The position numbers and the translations under genes are program-made. A stretch of 64,000 bases of DNA from Bacteroidota bacterium (lineage in GTDB: Bacteria > Bacteroidota > Ignavibacteria > UBA10030), in the NCBI GenBank assembly GCA_050013655.1, contig JBEKEV010000004.1, positions 88,407 to 152,406 of the forward strand, in the 5' to 3' direction. Every line of letters begins with the position of its first letter. The first letter of the stretch is position 1. Shown piece after piece: positions 59,991-64,000 of this stretch. Under the pieces are notes generated by a model. The model had not been told where the DNA came from and did no database searches. It saw only the letters and a list, made by a program, of their open reading frames with translations.

Positions 59991-60566
59991 ATGATCATTC
60001 TCGGTGTCGATCCAGGAACCCTCATCACCGGCTACGGCATTATCGAAGTAGAGCGTGGAACGTACTCTGTGCTCACGTATGATGTAGTCAAAAATGCCAG
60101 TGATCGATCCATGCCCATCCGATTGAAACAGATCTATGACAGAATCTGCAAGATTATTCATCAGTACCATCCGGATGAATTTGCCATCGAGACAGCGTTC
60201 TACGGTAAGAACGCTCAATCGGCATTGAAGCTAGGCCACGCACGCGGTGTGTCGATTTTGGCTGCCGTAAATTTTCAAATTCCCACAACAGAGTATTCTC
60301 CGCGCGAGGTCAAGAAAGCAGTTACCGGAAACGGTGCAGCTTCCAAGCAACAGGTTCAATTTATGGTGAAATCTCAATTGAAGCTCCGCGAAGTACCAAA
60401 ATTTTTCGATGCCTCGGACGCGTTGGCGATCGCCTTGTGTCATTCATTCCGGATCATGGGCGGCAAAGCAAAATCGCGGCATACACGAACGCTAGGACTA
60501 CAATCGCATCGTACCTGGTCGGATTTCATTCGCGCACATCCAGAACGAGTAGTGAGGAACAAATGA
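59991..60566 (+). CDS. ruvC: Holliday junction resolvase RuvC
   Basis: MIILGVDPGTLITGYGIIE and the catalytic acidic residues. Confidence 0.9.
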   Translation: MIILGVDPGTLITGYGIIEVERGTYSVLTYDVVKNASDRSMPIRLKQIYDRICKIIHQYHPDEFAIETAFYGKNAQSALKLGHARGVSILAAVNFQIPTTEYSPREVKKAVTGNGAASKQQVQFMVKSQLKLREVPKFFDASDALAIALCHSFRIMGGKAKSRHTRTLGLQSHRTWSDFIRAHPERVVRNK

Positions 60567-61171
60567 TTGCTACTCTCACAGGTATCCTCAAATTTAAGAG
60601 CCCAACGGAAATTCTCGTTGAGGTACACGGCATTGGTTACACGATCAGCATTCCGCTCTCGACGTATGAAAAACTGGGCGATCTCGGCTCCTCTGTTTCC
60701 CTGTTAACGTATTTCCATGTACGTGAAGATGCTATGCTGTTATTCGGATTCTCCACGGAAGAGGAGCGGAGGCTTTTTAAGCTCCTGATTTCGGTGTCTG
60801 GCATCGGTCCAAAGATCGCACAAAGCACATTATCCGGAATGAATGTCGAGGAATTGAAATCGCATATCGTCGGCGGGAATGTGAATGCACTTATGGCTAT
60901 TCCGGGAGTCGGCAAAAAAACCGCCGAGCGTCTTATTGTGGAATTGCGTGACAAAGCCGGCAAAACCCTCACTGAATCTGAACCAATTTCTGTCATCGGA
61001 ATGGCAACCGCCGCAATGCGAATCGAAGCGCTTCAAGCGCTTACATCGCTTGGTTACAACCAACAAATTGCCGAGAAAGCCATCCGGCTTGTCGTGAAAG
61101 AAGCTGAAGGATCAACGATTTCTCTTGAAGAATTAATTAAACGGGCGCTCCGCCACACGAACGCCCGATGA
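60563..61171 (+). CDS. ruvA: Holliday junction DNA helicase subunit RuvA
   Basis: The start is the MIATLTG Met (ATGA overlap with ruvC), not the track's upstream extension. The OB domain and two HhH motifs are present. Confidence 0.9.
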   Translation: MIATLTGILKFKSPTEILVEVHGIGYTISIPLSTYEKLGDLGSSVSLLTYFHVREDAMLLFGFSTEEERRLFKLLISVSGIGPKIAQSTLSGMNVEELKSHIVGGNVNALMAIPGVGKKTAERLIVELRDKAGKTLTESEPISVIGMATAAMRIEALQALTSLGYNQQIAEKAIRLVVKEAEGSTISLEELIKRALRHTNAR

Positions 61172-61208
61172 AGCACACACAACAAACGACGAACCATTTT
61201 CCTGTGTT

Positions 61209-62300
61209 GTGTTGCTATTCTCTGCGGTTCTTGGTAATATTGTATTCGTGAGGCAGTCCAATTTAACAAAACCGGAACGACAAGAGCAGGAAACTGATCT
61301 TGACCAAACGTTGCGTCCATCGGCGTTAACTGAATTTGTAGGTCAAGATAAAATTGTCGCGAACCTCAAAGTATTCATCTTGGCAGCACATCAGCGATGT
61401 GAACCGCTCGATCATGTCCTTCTGACCGGACATCCGGGACTGGGAAAGACAACCCTTGCCCACATTGTTGCAAATGAAATGGGCACGGGCATAAAAATGA
61501 CGTCTGGGCCTGCGCTGGAAAAACCGGGCGATCTTGCGGGCATTTTGACTTCATTGGAAAAATCTGAAGTGCTTTTCATCGATGAAATCCATCGTGTACC
61601 AGCAAAGATTGAGGAATACTTGTATTCGGCCATGGAGGATTTTCGTGTAGACATTATAATAGATAGTGGACCCGGTGCAAAGACCATCCAGCTTGGTCTT
61701 CAGCCGTTCACCCTGATCGGAGCCACAACACGGGCAGGATTATTGAGCTCACCGTTACGATCGCGTTTCGGCATCACAAATCGTTTGGATTATTATTCCC
61801 ATAGTCAGTTAGAACGTATCATCCGACGCTCAGCAGAAATTCTATCAATTACATCAGAGCCGGATGCAATAATGGAAATTGCCAAACGTTCGCGTGGAAC
61901 TCCTCGCATCGCTAATCGTCTGCTAAAACGATGCCGCGATTTTGCCGAGGCTGATAAACGGTTATCGCAATACGACGGCGTCATTACAAAAGAAGTTGCC
62001 GAGTTTTCGCTCAAAGCGTTGGAAGTAGATGAACATGGATTTGATGAGATGGACAAACGCATTCTGCGTACGATCATCGATAAATATGATGGCGGTCCTG
62101 TCGGAGTCGGCACGCTTGCCGTTGCAGTTGGAGAAGAACCGGGAACCCTGGAAGAAGTCTATGAACCGTACCTCATTCAAGAAGGATTTTTAAAGCGGAC
62201 TCCACGTGGAAGAGAAGCAACAGAGCTTGCCTATACACACTTTGGAGGAGCATTAAAACAACGGTCCGCGAACAAAACACAACTTGAGTTGGGTAACTAA
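61209..62300 (+). CDS. ruvB: Holliday junction DNA helicase RuvB
   Basis: [19 protein letters not shown] Walker A and AAA+ sensor motifs. The track start is GTG; the true start could be an internal GTG at 61248. Confidence 0.9.
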   Translation: MLLFSAVLGNIVFVRQSNLTKPERQEQETDLDQTLRPSALTEFVGQDKIVANLKVFILAAHQRCEPLDHVLLTGHPGLGKTTLAHIVANEMGTGIKMTSGPALEKPGDLAGILTSLEKSEVLFIDEIHRVPAKIEEYLYSAMEDFRVDIIIDSGPGAKTIQLGLQPFTLIGATTRAGLLSSPLRSRFGITNRLDYYSHSQLERIIRRSAEILSITSEPDAIMEIAKRSRGTPRIANRLLKRCRDFAEADKRLSQYDGVITKEVAEFSLKALEVDEHGFDEMDKRILRTIIDKYDGGPVGVGTLAVAVGEEPGTLEEVYEPYLIQEGFLKRTPRGREATELAYTHFGGALKQRSANKTQLELGN

Positions 62301-62308
62301 TACCGCTC

Positions 62309-64000
62309 ATGAGGAAGAATACTTTGCAAAAACACAATGGGAAGATTATTTTGCTTCTGGTCGTCGGCTGCTGTGTGATCAGCATTGCGAGTTGGGAATT
62401 TCTTTTCTCCCAGAACGACCCCTCAGATGGAATCGTCTTTCGCGCAGTAGCGTTTGCGGATGCGAAAACGGTAATCGCTGTCGGTGATAGCGGAATCGTT
62501 GCACGTTCAACGGATCAAGGTGGTACGTGGTCTGTATGGCAAAATATGAATCGCCTCACGACACCCTTGAACGGAATCTGTTTTACAGATCCAACACATG
62601 GATTTGCGGTTGGAGCAAATGGCACTCTCCTTATGACGACGAATGGCGGAACAACTTGGATCAATAAACTTGTGAGCACAAGTGAAAATTTCCGGTCTGT
62701 CTTTTTCAGTGACGCAAAGACGGGTACTATCGTCGGCAACAATGGTTTCATTTTCCGTACTCTCGACGGTGGAAGCACATGGCTCGCACAAACAAGCGAC
62801 ATTCATCTGAACCTCAACGACGTTTCCTTTGTAGATAACGAAACGGGTATCATCGTCGGCGATCGGGGAACTATCCTCCGCACAACAAACGGTGGAGAGA
62901 ATTGGACGAATCTTTCATCTTCATTTATTACGTATAATTTTTATTCGGTTTCTTTTTCTGCATTGAATAATGGTATCATCGTAGGAGAGAATGGAACCAT
63001 CCTCTATACAACCAACGGTGGTGAAAATTGGACATTAGAACCCAGCGGAACCACAGAAACACTTTTCTGCAATGCTTTCCCTTCTGCAAATTTTTCCGCA
63101 GCAGTTGGCAACACTGGCACGATTCTCGTTTCCTATACAAAAGGAACGAATTGGCTGCGGCAAAAGAGTAGTACACGTAGAGCACTTTTTTCGGCAGCGT
63201 TCACCGATGCAAAAATCGGGGTTGCAGTCGGGGCAAAACAAACCATCATTCGGACAACAGACGGTGCAACTTCTTGGGAAGCTTCTACACTTAGTTTCGA
63301 AAAACCTATCGAGCTTTCAATCGCTGAGTTACTTCCTCGGGACAGGTATCCCAAAAATAATATTGCAGTCGCTGTCGGAGCAAATGGTGCTCTTTTTCAA
63401 TCTAAAGATTTCGGTGCAAATTGGACTAAGTTGACCAATAAGAGTGAGAACACTTTGATGACGGTTACATCAATAGATCAGACGAGTATGATTGCTGTAG
63501 GAAACGGTGGTGTTATTCTCCGTTCGGATGATGCAGGAACGACATGGACCCCACAGATAAGCACAACCTCTCGTCCACTTTTCCGCGCTTGCTTTACCCG
63601 CAGCGATTCTGGCATTATTGTGGGTGATTATGGAATGATATTAAGAACAACCAACGGCGGAATAACATGGTCGAAAATCTCCTCAGGAACGAGCAACCAT
63701 TTGCGCGATATAGTATTTTCTGATAACCAAACCGGAATTGCAGTCGGAGCAATGGGAACTATCTTGAGTACAACAGACAGAGGAATGACTTGGACATCAC
63801 AGGTAAGTGGAACATCCAGTTGGCTTAATGCTGTCTCGCCGCTCGATAAATCTACGTTCATCACTGTCGGTGCCGCTGGCACCATCCTTCGGACTACCAA
63901 TAAGGGTACAACGTGGACGGCACAACCAAGCGGAACAACGAAAGAATTGTTAAATGTGTCCTTCTCCGATACAGCAAACGGATTTATCGTGGGAATAGAA
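62309..64000 (+). CDS. Membrane-anchored Ycf48-like / BNR-repeat beta-propeller protein; the 3' end lies outside the window
   Basis: It is not in the ORF track because it has no stop before the window end. Manual translation from ATG 62309 gives at least 564 aa with no stop. There is an N-terminal TM helix and at least 12 repeats of the GTILRTTNGGxxW type. Confidence 0.8.
   Translation, partial: MRKNTLQKHNGKIILLLVVGCCVISIASWEFLFSQNDPSDGIVFRAVAFADAKTVIAVGDSGIVARSTDQGGTWSVWQNMNRLTTPLNGICFTDPTHGFAVGANGTLLMTTNGGTTWINKLVSTSENFRSVFFSDAKTGTIVGNNGFIFRTLDGGSTWLAQTSDIHLNLNDVSFVDNETGIIVGDRGTILRTTNGGENWTNLSSSFITYNFYSVSFSALNNGIIVGENGTILYTTNGGENWTLEPSGTTETLFCNAFPSANFSAAVGNTGTILVSYTKGTNWLRQKSSTRRALFSAAFTDAKIGVAVGAKQTIIRTTDGATSWEASTLSFEKPIELSIAELLPRDRYPKNNIAVAVGANGALFQSKDFGANWTKLTNKSENTLMTVTSIDQTSMIAVGNGGVILRSDDAGTTWTPQISTTSRPLFRACFTRSDSGIIVGDYGMILRTTNGGITWSKISSGTSNHLRDIVFSDNQTGIAVGAMGTILSTTDRGMTWTSQVSGTSSWLNAVSPLDKSTFITVGAAGTILRTTNKGTTWTAQPSGTTKELLNVSFSDTANGFIVGIE

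Noticed and set aside
60437-60562. N-terminal extension of the RuvA ORF
   Set aside because: The extension overlaps the RuvC 3' end. The canonical RuvA N-terminus (MIATLTG) begins at 60563 with an ATGA overlap.
62284-62487. 67-aa ORF reported after ruvB
   Set aside because: The frame is wrong. The adjacent frame, starting at 62309, encodes the long repeat protein with clear protein-like features.

Overview
This 64 kb window is a gene-dense chromosomal segment of an FCB-group bacterium (Chlorobi/Ignavibacteria-like). Supporting signs are a short region-1.1-less primary sigma factor, an hrcA-grpE-dnaJ operon with a CIRCE operator, E. coli-like -35/-10 promoters, and a Ycf48/BNR-repeat protein. 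Most genes are housekeeping. They cover glycolysis (a PPi-type PFK), a TRAP transporter of the TatT/TPAT type, an OmpR/HK pair, the DnaJ/GrpE/HrcA heat-shock genes, carA, a class II B12-dependent ribonucleotide reductase, fmt/def, rpoD, hisS, lgt, rlmB, purD, guaB, recJ and yebC-ruvCAB, plus an RNase P RNA (rnpB) that the ORF track does not show. No CRISPR array, transposase or integrase was seen. The clearest accessory stretch runs from about 18.6 to 23.4 kb. It holds an ECF sigma/anti-sigma module flanked by three small membrane-protein genes, each preceded by a copy of a conserved ~45 nt intergenic motif; a lipoprotein fusing a TonB-C-like domain to a parvulin PPIase; and an ORF-free stretch that ends in an intrinsic terminator. 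Other oddities are a GGDEF protein with degenerate catalytic motifs; an 845-aa sugar-1-P nucleotidyltransferase fused to a phosphohexomutase-like domain whose catalytic motifs look degenerate; a C-terminal remnant of deoB; a phosphorelay cluster with no complete histidine kinase; a terminator abutting the nif3 start codon; and a 770 bp leader upstream of nrdJ. All calls rest on reading the sequence and on recalled family signatures; no database search was possible.
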